A stretch of DNA of 64,000 bases from a phage: sequence record NC_101835.1, one strand, 5' to 3'. This document shows, in pieces, positions 18,556 to 27,158 of the stretch (position 1 is the first letter of the stretch; every line of letters begins with the position of its first letter). Position numbers and translations under genes: made by a program. The notes under the pieces were generated by a model. That model was not told the DNA's origin. It made no database searches and was given only the letters and a program-made list of their open reading frames with translations.

Positions 18556-18805
18556 CACTATTTTTTAAATTATTGTGGCGCAAAATGCTTAAAATCTCTT
18601 CAACGTCATCAACACGGCGGCAATTTTTAAACGCTACCAATTGCCCCATGATTTTAATCACTGGACGGCCTTGCCAGTGCCCCTGGAGAAAGCGCGCCTT
18701 GACTTTATCGGTGGAACTATCACGCCACCAAATGGCCTTGTTATTGCAGTAGTAAAAATTATTCAGGACAACATCAACTTTATCAAAATTTTTTAATTTA
18801 CGCAT
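18545..18805 (-). CDS. hypothetical protein
   Basis: AAGGAGTAAACGCC before ATG. Confidence 0.5.
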   Translation of the reverse strand: MRKLKNFDKVDVVLNNFYYCNNKAIWWRDSSTDKVKARFLQGHWQGRPVIKIMGQLVAFKNCRRVDDVEEILSILRHNNLKNSVDK

Positions 18806-19051
18806 GGCGTTTACTCCTTCCTTCTTGCTTTGATGTGGTTAGTATATCCGGACTATTCCAAGGTGTCAAGCTTTAAATAAAATCACTGTCAATGATATTT
18901 TTTAACACCATAAAACGGCCCTGGGTGATGTTTTCAGGTTAATAAAGGGGATTGCATAGGTAGGGGCTTTTGTGGCGTTTGTGGGGCCAACCAGGGGCGC
19001 TATTCGTAGGATAGAAATAAAAAACCCCGCACAATGGCGGGGCGTTGGTTG

Positions 19052-19249
19052 CTATTTGTCTTTGTGGCGGTATCGTTCCGCTTGTCGTTCACGTTCCAAA
19101 AGCAGGCTGGGTAATTTGCGATCATAGTGATTTCGCCAGATCTTCCCAAATCTTTTCGGCTTATTCAGTTTATTGTTACGCTGGCGTCGTTCCGGCAGCT
19201 CTTCGGAATCATGAGATCGCTTTACAATCTTCTCAAAATTAATCTTCAT
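19052..19249 (-). CDS. small basic protein
   Basis: AGGGGGGAATAT before ATG (MKINFEKI); K/R-rich. Confidence 0.4.
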   Translation of the reverse strand: MKINFEKIVKRSHDSEELPERRQRNNKLNKPKRFGKIWRNHYDRKLPSLLLERERQAERYRHKDK

Positions 19250-19592
19250 ATATTCCCCCCTTGCTAACTTCAATATTGGCCTGAATAGCCCGGATACGGC
19301 GCTTTATAACCTCCTGATCCTTGCAATCATATCCCCAAAAGTCTACGATTTTTGCGCCTCCAGCCTTTAGGCGGTATAGTGTTTCTTGCATCTTGTAAGC
19401 CGGGATCGGTCGCGGTGTTACCTGGTCGCCCTTCTCATTCTTGTACTTGATAATGTAGTCTTCATTGTCGTTGAATACCCAAAATGGGTATTCTGTGAGC
19501 GCGTTGCTCTCTTTTTCGTTTTTAGATTGGATCTTGTTTACAATTAAAGCCGTAGCAATAGCGCCAATAATAAAACTTGCCCCGCTGATCAT
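19239..19592 (-). CDS. membrane-anchored protein
   Basis: AAAGGAGAAAGTAC before ATG (MISGASFIIGAIATALIV). Confidence 0.5.
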   Translation of the reverse strand: MISGASFIIGAIATALIVNKIQSKNEKESNALTEYPFWVFNDNEDYIIKYKNEKGDQVTPRPIPAYKMQETLYRLKAGGAKIVDFWGYDCKDQEVIKRRIRAIQANIEVSKGGIYED

Positions 19593-19667
19593 GTACTTTC
19601 TCCTTTCATTGTGTTGATAAACTATCTTTATAGATGGCCCTGCTACCAGGACCACCGAAAAAACAGC

Positions 19668-19913
19668 TTATTTGACGATACCGACAAAACAGATCCCGCC
19701 TTCCCCTATATAGGCAATATCGGTAATTTTATAATTTGTCAAGATCCGCGTGTTCAGATCATTAATAAAATCGGTCATCGCGTTGGTGTGGTTGTCTTCC
19801 GTGTCTAAGGCATAATCCCAGGTGTAAACCTTTTTACGTCCGAAGCCTTTTACCATGATACGGGCGCTTTTGGTGTTGGTAGGGGCATAATATTTGGTGA
19901 TTAGTGCTGCCAT
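19668..19913 (-). CDS. hypothetical protein
   Basis: AGAGGAG RBS. Confidence 0.5.
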   Translation of the reverse strand: MAALITKYYAPTNTKSARIMVKGFGRKKVYTWDYALDTEDNHTNAMTDFINDLNTRILTNYKITDIAYIGEGGICFVGIVK

Positions 19914-19956
19914 GGTTTTAACTCCTCTGAATTAGTTCAGTGTTAACAGTATAAAG

Positions 19957-20000
19957 TTTACTTTATTGATGGCCCTGAAGTCAAGGCCATCTAAAAATAA
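19957..20000. repeat. 44-bp conserved hairpin element, copy 2
   Basis: TTTACTTTATTGATGGCCCTGAAGTCAAGGCCATCTAAAAATAA; directly follows the stop of 20003-20344. Confidence 0.55.
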
Positions 20001-20002
20001 TC

Positions 20003-20344
20003 TTACTCGTTTTCTTCCAGCTCCGCAAGCTCTTCTTTTGCTTCTTCTAACTCTGTCTGTAGTTCCTGGTATTCTTCATCGTCCTCAATATCCAGGCTGT
20101 CGATGTAGTCGCTAAATCCGCAGCGGTAAGCGATAGGATCTAGCTCCTTGAGGATACGCGACGGAAGAAAAGAAATGTTTCCGATCATAATTTCGCCGTA
20201 GATCTCGTCTAACCATTCATCATAGTTTTCGTCGTACTTGTCCTCGTCGATTTCAAAGTTATCGATCTTGTTCTCAAGGTCTGCGATCTGTTTTTTCAGC
20301 GCGGCGATCTGCATAGCTTTTTCTGCGGCGGTCATAGTAGTCAT
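20003..20344 (-). CDS. acidic coiled-coil protein
   Basis: AAAGGAGAAAACACC before ATG; E/D-rich. Confidence 0.5.
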   Translation of the reverse strand: MTTMTAAEKAMQIAALKKQIADLENKIDNFEIDEDKYDENYDEWLDEIYGEIMIGNISFLPSRILKELDPIAYRCGFSDYIDSLDIEDDEEYQELQTELEEAKEELAELEENE

Positions 20345-20395
20345 GGTGTTTTCTCCTTTTGTGTGCTCTGGGAAGTTTTCCCGTTTACGTGTTTA

Positions 20396-20423
20396 AGTAT
20401 ATCGATCTAAGTTAGTTTGTCAA
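20396..20423 (-). promoter_or_regulatory. near-consensus sigma70 promoter (TTGACA-N16-TATACT)
   Basis: Same promoter-hairpin-RBS layout as 18528-18555; hairpin GGGAAAACTTCCC. Confidence 0.5.
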
Positions 20424-20577
20424 TTAAAAATTTAAGAAAAATTTTGCAAAACTGTTAGCGCTACTCATTAACATTTGCGCCAGGATGTAACCGACAACGC
20501 AAACGATAATAGTTACCTTTGTGTATTGGCGTGTAGTGCTCATCTTAAAGCCCCCTTTTTTCGCTTAGTTGAGATTA

Positions 20578-20622
20578 GTTTACTTTATTGATGGCCCTGA
20601 AGTCAAGGCCATCTAAAAATAA
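20578..20622. repeat. 44-bp conserved hairpin element, copy 3
   Basis: GTTTACTTTATTGATGGCCCTGAAGTCAAGGCCATCTAAAAATAA; directly follows the stop of 20625-21020. Confidence 0.55.
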
Positions 20623-20624
20623 AC

Positions 20625-21020
20625 TTAGTAAGTTTTCAGTACTTTACCGTCCAACCTGTCAAGCTGGATCTCGATAGCTGCAGAAAACCTATTGTAAACC
20701 ACATCGCCCATAGAATCCAACCAGTCTATGACATTATACACCTGCTCTTTATTCTTGCAAGTCCGGATCCGTTTCATTACGTAAGACGGATCAATATTAG
20801 TGCTCCCGTTGTTGTGGTCATGCGCCTGGCCTGCTGCACTGGTTATAGATTTTACAACCACCTGAAAGGGCTTTAAGGTGCCTTTTGCGTTCATCTCACG
20901 CGCTTTTGCGGCGCGGTTGTTATATGTTACACAACGGCGGCAAATGTTGACTAAATGCATGTCAATAATTTTTTCATCGTTTGCCAGTTCGTTCATGATG
21001 CGGCGTACGTTCTTATTCAT
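20625..21020 (-). CDS. hypothetical protein
   Basis: AAAGGAAAAAAGATC before ATG (MNKNVRR); track start 21119 lies upstream of promoter and RBS. Confidence 0.5.
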   Translation of the reverse strand: MNKNVRRIMNELANDEKIIDMHLVNICRRCVTYNNRAAKAREMNAKGTLKPFQVVVKSITSAAGQAHDHNNGSTNIDPSYVMKRIRTCKNKEQVYNVIDWLDSMGDVVYNRFSAAIEIQLDRLDGKVLKTY

Positions 21021-21069
21021 GATCTTTTTTCCTTTGTGCTGGCGGGAAACATTCCCGCCTTTTGTGTCT

Positions 21070-21097
21070 AGTTTACTTAAATTTTGCAGCGTGTCAA
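21070..21097 (-). promoter_or_regulatory. sigma70-like promoter (TTGACA-N16-TAAACT)
   Basis: Followed by 5-prime UTR hairpin GGCGGGAATGTTTCCCGCC (21043-21061). Confidence 0.45.
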
Positions 21098-21103
21098 TGA
21101 TTT

Positions 21104-21502
21104 TTATTCGTGGGCGCATGTCACAATGTGCTTTTTATAGCCCAGGTGGTCAGCAAGTGCCGACAAAAACTCTTCTTCGTAGATCCAGCCGTCGGCAGTG
21201 ATCCCCATAGCATTTAATGCGCTCTCAAGTGCTGCGTTAGCTTTATCGTAACCGTGACCGCTAGCCTTGCCGCCAGTATAACCGTACTTATTGTTCTTGT
21301 TGTCGTGAATCCAAAACACGCAGTAGTGAGTGTTACCACTGGCGGCGGCATAATACCGGATCTCAGCTACTTCGTGCAAATTATTGTCATCGTCCAGGCC
21401 CACCAGATTATAAGCCTTGTAAAATCCACGATCACGGCGGCAGTTCTTGACATCAGAAAAAGAAAAGTCGGCATTATCAAAATTAAAGGTTGTGGTTTTC
21501 AT
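21104..21502 (-). CDS. hypothetical protein
   Basis: TAAGAGGATAAAATC before ATG. Confidence 0.5.
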   Translation of the reverse strand: MKTTTFNFDNADFSFSDVKNCRRDRGFYKAYNLVGLDDDNNLHEVAEIRYYAAASGNTHYCVFWIHDNKNNKYGYTGGKASGHGYDKANAALESALNAMGITADGWIYEEEFLSALADHLGYKKHIVTCAHE

Positions 21503-21566
21503 GATTTTATCCTCTTAGTGTCTTTTGTGATTTCAGTATATTTTGTGTCAGACTACATGTCAATAT

Positions 21567-21768
21567 TTATTTTTTATTAAACCAGTGGTTGATCTGACCT
21601 TTTGTCAGGGCGCAACGATTAAGCTGTTGCAGGGTATAGCTATGACCGCGACGAAATTTATAAAGGCCTTGCCCGTTGTTGATGGTTACATCCACCCGGC
21701 AAATCACTTGATTGGTGACCACCTGGCGAGTGTTGCGACGTACTTTAATTCCGTAGGCGTTCATGATT
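21567..21768 (-). CDS. hypothetical basic protein
   Basis: AGAGGATAAAAAAATC before ATG (MNAYGIK). Confidence 0.4.
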
Positions 21769-21850
21769 TTTTTATCCTCTCTGTTAATTGGTGTGGTGTT
21801 GTTCACCTTGCGAGGATAAGAATAACAAGAACTGTCCGAGCTGTCAACCA

Positions 21851-22027
21851 TTAGTTAAAATTATTTTTTGGGTAGAATTCTCCAGCCGCCGCCCCTGCCA
21901 GGTTAACCATCATTTTTTCGTACTCTTCTTTATGTTCCAACGCTCCCGCCATAGCCTTTTCAACCAGGGCGATAGCCTCAGCGTCATTAATAGCTACATT
22001 TTCCAGGGGGATCATATTACCTTCCAT
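21851..22027 (-). CDS. hypothetical small protein (58 aa)
   Basis: AGGAGGTACAAAA before ATG (MEGNMIPLENVAIN..); below track cut-off. Confidence 0.4.
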   Translation of the reverse strand: MEGNMIPLENVAINDAEAIALVEKAMAGALEHKEEYEKMMVNLAGAAAGEFYPKNNFN

Positions 22028-22069
22028 TTTTGTACCTCCTCTTCAATTGTTACCTATCCTATAGCATAG

Positions 22070-23040
22070 GCCCACCAGGTTTACAAGCCTTCATTCTCCC
22101 CTACCTGGTCAGTTAGGTCCTGCCAGGCTGGCCCCGCCAGGTTGCAGCGGTTAGCGCATCAGGTTAGAAAAATTTTTTGAAAAGTGTTGACAGCGGCCCC
22201 GCCAGGTGGCACAATATACCTATCGAAAGGACGGCAGGCACTGGTGACGGGGGAGACAACCACCGGGGATGGGCGCTGCATAAAATGAGAACGATTATCA
22301 TTATCATTTAAAAATTTATGCAAAAAATCCTTGCTTTCTTTGTCCTGTGTGATACTATAATAACAAGCCGGGGCAACAGGGGCCGGGAGACAATCACCGG
22401 GCCTGCCCGTTATTCTGCAAACGAGAATGATTATCATTCAAAATTCTAAATGAGAACTCCTCGCATTTAATAAATTTAATTAGCACGCTAATTACCTACC
22501 GTGACAATTATATATAAAATAATACCTCCTAAAATATTTCCATATACAAATTTTAAAAATCCATTTCTGAAAACGAAAAATCGATTTCGTCCCCAAAAAT
22601 TTCAGGTCGAGATCCGGAACGATTTCCAGAAAATCCGATTTAGAAAACGAAAAACAGATCGAGTACTGAGAAATTTATCGAGAAAAATTTTCAGAAAATC
22701 CAAGCCATGAAATGAAAAGTAGATCGAGTACTGGAAAAATTGTACCGCAACCCACTGATAGTGATGGGTTTTCCGTCATAAATCACTAAGAGTGAGTGGA
22801 GAAAGGTATGGTGGAGAGGTGTGTATGTGTGGGAAATCTGTAATGGTGGCCTGAAATATGGTGCAAACGGCTAGATAGATTGGCACAATTTTCCGCGCCT
22901 GTGTTGAAAAAATCCATTTTAGTTTTCGATCCATTTTCTGATTTTCTAAGGATTTTAAAATATCCTGGTAGGTAAAATATCAAAAGGAGGAAATCCATTT
23001 TAGAAATCCCCCTTATACTTGATATGCCAGGAATTTTCAA
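22070..23040. repeat. non-coding repeat island (GC-rich motifs, tandem about 60-nt units, AT-rich iterons)
   Basis: GGCCCCGCCAGGT x2; two units GGGAGACAA(C/T)CACCGGG...GAGAA(C/T)GATTATCATT; 22500-23040 has repeated AAAATCCATTT(T/C) and AGATCGAGTACTG. Confidence 0.5.
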
Positions 23041-23043
23041 GTA

Positions 23044-23373
23044 TCAGTTGTCTTTGTTTTTAGGTTTGTACATGCGCAGAGGTATGGTCTTTGTAACATT
23101 CCATTTCCTCAACCCTTCCCAGCTCCAGTTGTGGGCGTGGTATCCGGTTATGCATGCACTACTGGAGTGATCGTAAGCATAAGAGAACGCTAAGCGCACC
23201 AGGTGGGGCCAGTCCTTCCATGGTTGTGGACCGTAAGCTTTTCTCCAACACCGACACAAACTAAATGTCTCAAGGATAGGAAGGATAACAAACCCATACA
23301 CTGTCACCAAAATAGTCAGTGCAATGATTGTCAGGAACACATACCCTGCAGTTGAAATGATGATCTCTGTCAT
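23044..23373 (-). CDS. membrane protein
   Basis: AAAGGGGA RBS; N-terminal TM YVFLTIIALTILVTVYGFVILPI. Confidence 0.5.
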   Translation of the reverse strand: MTEIIISTAGYVFLTIIALTILVTVYGFVILPILETFSLCRCWRKAYGPQPWKDWPHLVRLAFSYAYDHSSSACITGYHAHNWSWEGLRKWNVTKTIPLRMYKPKNKDN

Positions 23374-23573
23374 TTGTCGTCCCCTTTCTTACGGATATAA
23401 ATGTGAGAACCTGCCTGTATATAAATTTCTCGACCATCTTCTGCGAAGATGTGGAATACACGGTCACCTTCGTACTCAATACGAGATATCTTCATAGTGG
23501 TCTTCCCACCGGGGATACGGATCTCATCACCCACAGCAATGTTCCATGCGGATTTAAGCTTAAACATCAGCAC
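23370..23573 (-). CDS. hypothetical protein
   Basis: AAAGGAGGG RBS. Confidence 0.5.
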   Translation of the reverse strand: MLMFKLKSAWNIAVGDEIRIPGGKTTMKISRIEYEGDRVFHIFAEDGREIYIQAGSHIYIRKKGDDK

Positions 23574-23805
23574 CCTCCTTTGGGAACTTAAACTCTGGCA
23601 TAGCCATGTACGCTACAACAGGGTTGTGATCAAAGTAGAACTGACCGTTAATTATCCCGGTTTTGTCCACATAGTTACCAGATCCTGCAAGAACAACCTC
23701 GCAAGCTCCGAAATCCACATTGCCATCCTCATCAGCCATGGCTACGATATACTTTCCAAGAGGCATGTTTTTAACGCCGTCTACAAATGTCCACTCTGTG
23801 TTCAT
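23560..23805 (-). CDS. hypothetical protein
   Basis: AAGGGTAAAG before ATG. Confidence 0.5.
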   Translation of the reverse strand: MNTEWTFVDGVKNMPLGKYIVAMADEDGNVDFGACEVVLAGSGNYVDKTGIINGQFYFDHNPVVAYMAMPEFKFPKEGADV

Positions 23806-23814
23806 ACTTTACCC

Positions 23815-24147
23815 TTAAGGTAGCCAGTAAACAATCTCGCCTTTCAGCTTCATGTCGTTTCCAACATAAATTTCCCAGCCATCCATCTTAGCCACTGCAG
23901 GAGTGAAGTCCGTAGAACCACTAACCTCTTTCCAAGTCCCGTAGTCAGGTTGCCAGATATAGAATCCACCTTCCTTGTCCCATGCTCCATATACCACATC
24001 GAGCAGGTTGCCCATTGCAACAATAATAGGCCGTGGGAATAATACATCTACAGATGCGCCACAATTTCGGGTATCTTTTAAGTTGCAATCCCAAAAGATG
24101 TCTGCCAGTGTGGCGGCGATAGCTTTACGTCTTTCCAATGTTACCAT
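23815..24147 (-). CDS. hypothetical protein
   Basis: ORF with GTGAG upstream. Confidence 0.45.
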   Translation of the reverse strand: MVTLERRKAIAATLADIFWDCNLKDTRNCGASVDVLFPRPIIVAMGNLLDVVYGAWDKEGGFYIWQPDYGTWKEVSGSTDFTPAVAKMDGWEIYVGNDMKLKGEIVYWLP

Positions 24148-24154
24148 ATCATAC

Positions 24155-24346
24155 TCACTTGTTGTTAAGAAGTTCTAAAACTTTCTGTTTTACTTTATCA
24201 AGATCTGTTGATTCAAAAACTGTGCGATATCCCCAACTTTGCCCGTAGGAGTGACTGCAATCCCCGTAGCACCATTGCTCAATTTGATAGTATTCAAGGA
24301 ACGGGTGCTGTCTAACTATGATACCATCCCGGTTAAAAATTACCAT
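24155..24346 (-). CDS. hypothetical protein
   Basis: AGAGAGTGATG upstream. Confidence 0.45.
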   Translation of the reverse strand: MVIFNRDGIIVRQHPFLEYYQIEQWCYGDCSHSYGQSWGYRTVFESTDLDKVKQKVLELLNNK

Positions 24347-24409
24347 AATACATCACTCTCTGTTAGTTTATGCATATATTATACACTGCAGTTTTCAGAT
24401 GTCAATCTT

Positions 24410-24604
24410 TTACAGGTTACTCCAGTATAATCGGCATTTACATTTTGGGCAATGAGGTTCTTTTATGTAATAACCATCAGTCTTTGGAACACTTTTTGGT
24501 GCAGTTTTAAGATTGTACCTGGTAAAACATCGGAAGCAGGTTACCTCTCCCACCTGTTGATCGTTGATCCACTCACCAGAGTAAAGCTCTTTCTTGTTTC
24601 TCAT
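24410..24604 (-). CDS. zinc-ribbon-like small protein
   Basis: GGGAGAG before ATG (MRNKKELYS); CFRC ... CPKCKC cysteine pairs. Confidence 0.45.
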   Translation of the reverse strand: MRNKKELYSGEWINDQQVGEVTCFRCFTRYNLKTAPKSVPKTDGYYIKEPHCPKCKCRLYWSNL

Positions 24605-24855
24605 AATTCTCTCCCAAATCCTCTGCAATCTTATACCAAAATCTCCAGCCAGAAAGCACACGGGAACACTTTGAGGATTGAATCTTTACTTGGCTCGGAA
24701 GTTCTTTTTCCGTATGGTAGGTAGAAATACCCTCCTGCAGATTCGAATATAGCTCCTTCGGTTGTATCTACCACAGCAAGAATTAAGATTTTAGTCTCCA
24801 CAGTGCTCTCCTCTCTTAGTTGTTGTGGAGACTATATCACCTCAGAAGATGGTCG

Positions 24856-25254
24856 TCAACACTTTTTGTACTCTACTACAACCACATCAATATCTGTGGT
24901 TGCAAGATTAATTACATCTTCTACATGTTCCCACTTTAGACCGCCAATACCGCATCCGATTTTAGGAATGTAGAACGGCAATGACACACCTTTGAATACC
25001 TCGTTGACTCGCTCAAAACCTTTCATGATTGAGAAGTATTCAGCATTGGGCCCTGGGTAGAACTGGGTATACAGGTTGATTCCATATACGACCCTGTTCT
25101 TGGCAAAATGCTCCCAACAAGAAAACATACCCAGCTTGCCTAGATCACCATAAGCAGTCTCTTTGTCGGCTGCCAGTGCTTGAGGGAACTCACGGGCAAT
25201 ATCTTTCGCTATGCCTGCACCCATTGTGTGAAAGCAGTTACAACCGTGGATCAT
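24856..25254 (-). CDS. macro-domain protein (putative ADP-ribose hydrolase)
   Basis: N-terminal HGCNCFHTMGAGIAKDIAREFP and later IPKIGCGIGGL recall the glycine-rich phosphate-binding loops of TARG1/DarG-type macro domains. Confidence 0.55.
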   Translation of the reverse strand: MIHGCNCFHTMGAGIAKDIAREFPQALAADKETAYGDLGKLGMFSCWEHFAKNRVVYGINLYTQFYPGPNAEYFSIMKGFERVNEVFKGVSLPFYIPKIGCGIGGLKWEHVEDVINLATTDIDVVVVEYKKC

Positions 25255-25304
25255 GTGGCCCGACCCTTTCTTGAAAAGAGAGATTAGATCTCCCCCCTAT
25301 AGTA

Positions 25305-25730
25305 TCAATAATCACGGTATGCCAGCTCCTCTTCCGCAATTTCAAAAAACTCAGTCCAGCACTGTGGCATATTGGAGTTACCGAAGTGGCTTTCATAGTA
25401 AAGGTTCTCACCGCTCGGGAGGTAGAAATCTGTTACCTCGTAGAATCCACAATCGTCGCACTCACCTTCTTCAAACTTGGCCTCAACCTTAATACCGAGG
25501 AAGGTGAAAAGTTTATGGATATCTTCAGTTTCGAACTCCCAGCAAATATTGTTTTCCGCATCGGTATAGAACTGGATCAGCAGACCATTGTCCAGTTTAC
25601 CAAAATACTCTGTGAAGTAACTTCCTTCCCAGAAATCTTTATGACAAATAATATCCATGCGTTTGCCCATAATAATGGTGTGAGCGTTTTGGGCATCGTC
25701 ACGAATCAGTTTTGGCATTTCATAGATCAT
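25305..25730 (-). CDS. hypothetical acidic protein
   Basis: GGAGAA RBS. Confidence 0.5.
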   Translation of the reverse strand: MIYEMPKLIRDDAQNAHTIIMGKRMDIICHKDFWEGSYFTEYFGKLDNGLLIQFYTDAENNICWEFETEDIHKLFTFLGIKVEAKFEEGECDDCGFYEVTDFYLPSGENLYYESHFGNSNMPQCWTEFFEIAEEELAYRDY

Positions 25731-25798
25731 CTTAGTTCTCCGGGTTCAACAGGTGGTGGTGCTACAGGAAGATCATAAAACATGGCTATCACAGTCTC

Positions 25799-25996
25799 TT
25801 ACACAGGAATTGCTTCAAATAGACCGTTATCTATACCGTCCTTCAGATAGAGATTATATTCTATGTCGGTATCTGTATAAAGGGCAGCATCCAGCATTCT
25901 ATCTGTGAGTCCATCCATCGGGTGGAGAAACCACCACCCACGCCAGTCAAAGTAACAGCCTGGTGCATCTTCTCTTACACGGATTCGATAAATCAT
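25799..25996 (-). CDS. hypothetical protein
   Basis: AGGAGG RBS. Confidence 0.45.
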   Translation of the reverse strand: MIYRIRVREDAPGCYFDWRGWWFLHPMDGLTDRMLDAALYTDTDIEYNLYLKDGIDNGLFEAIPV

Positions 25997-26092
25997 GGGC
26001 AGTGGCCTCCTGTTAGTTATACATCCCAGTTTTCTTCGTTCATCACGTCCTCCCGTTTTATGAAGTTATAATTGCACACCTTTCAACCTGTG

Positions 26093-26509
26093 TCAACAGA
26101 AAACTTCAACAAATTCTTCCACAGTTTTAATGTCATGGGAAAAAGGTTTACGGCTATAACGGGCAATAGCACTATCAACCACCGCCCGATACTCAAGATC
26201 TTCAGAATATTTCATGAAGCATTGCAGCGTCTCTGGGCAGATAGCTAAATAGCTCCACCACCCTTCTTCAGATTGGTAGTCGAATCCCATACTCTCCAAC
26301 CATGAAGCATATACTCCAGCACCCTCAAGCCAGTGAGTATTTTCATCCAGAAACTTGTTAACAGACATGTGAGCTTCTAAGCACTTGTCCAGCTCTTTTC
26401 CGTTAACCAGCCACGCACTAACTGTGGCGCATCCAAGGTCTACAGATTGAGTTGACAGGTTGTATTGGTCATAGTTCTCAGGTTTAACAATGATATCTTC
26501 TAATGTCAT
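26093..26509 (-). CDS. hypothetical protein
   Basis: AAGGAGA RBS. Confidence 0.5.
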   Translation of the reverse strand: MTLEDIIVKPENYDQYNLSTQSVDLGCATVSAWLVNGKELDKCLEAHMSVNKFLDENTHWLEGAGVYASWLESMGFDYQSEEGWWSYLAICPETLQCFMKYSEDLEYRAVVDSAIARYSRKPFSHDIKTVEEFVEVFC

Positions 26510-26528
26510 TTTTCAGATCTCCTTATAC

Positions 26529-26556
26529 AAAAATGCCCCACCCTTTCGGGCAGGGC
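26529..26556 (-). terminator. rho-independent terminator
   Basis: Minus strand hairpin GCCCTGCCCGAAAGGGTGGGGC then TTTTT; identical copy at 38270-38296. Confidence 0.6.
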
Positions 26557-26571
26557 TATGTCAGTTAGGTG

Positions 26572-27150
26572 CTAAAAGTATTCATAGAGGTATCCATCGG
26601 GAGCTGGAATTTTTTCATGAATGTAGTAACCAACATATATTCCGGTTTCTCTGCTGCAAGAGTTGTGGGATACCCATTCTTTAAGAACGTTGCCATTCAT
26701 GTCCAACCTCCTTACATTTTTGCACCGTCTACCGCTGGTGCTTCTATGTAACAGAATATCCTCTGTCTGCTTGTCTTTATTTTCTCCCCAAGTCGTTAAA
26801 CGGATATTATCAAAAGAGTATCCTTTGAAATCGTCTATCCTGTCACAAGAAGGCTTTTTCCTTTTGTCGTATCCGCTGGCTACCCATTGGTCATACAACT
26901 CTTTGTAACCGTTTAGGTATAGCCACTCTTTAAACTCTTTTTTGGTGTAAGTCGGAGGAGGGTGACCTCTTTGCTTGCTGTTGCACTTTTGAGTCTTGTA
27001 CAACACACGTATTACACCTTTTTCTGAAGAGTCTTTAGCAAATTGGTCAGCCTCCCTGCTGGCCTTCTTACAGCACTCTTTGCACGTTGATTTGTTGCTG
27101 GTGTAGAAGTCGGAGGCCTCCTTGTCCTCCCCACAACGTTTGCATTTCAT
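26572..27150 (-). CDS. zinc-ribbon + HNH-like (DRID variant) endonuclease-like protein
   Basis: N-terminal CKRC..CKEC; C-terminal CDRIDDFKGYSFDNIRLTTWGENKDK resembles HNH_3 motif with R replacing the first His. Confidence 0.45.
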   Translation of the reverse strand: MKCKRCGEDKEASDFYTSNKSTCKECCKKASREADQFAKDSSEKGVIRVLYKTQKCNSKQRGHPPPTYTKKEFKEWLYLNGYKELYDQWVASGYDKRKKPSCDRIDDFKGYSFDNIRLTTWGENKDKQTEDILLHRSTSGRRCKNVRRLDMNGNVLKEWVSHNSCSRETGIYVGYYIHEKIPAPDGYLYEYF

Positions 27151-27158
27151 AACTGACC

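Noticed and set aside
22159-23040. Track ORFs 22159-22437 (-), 22501-22710 (+), 22786-23040 (-)
   Set aside because: They lie entirely within tandem and dispersed repeats, have low-complexity translations and no RBS; most likely non-coding.
22200-23040. CRISPR array
   Set aside because: Repeats are irregular in length and spacing, with no uniform repeat-spacer periodicity and no cas genes.
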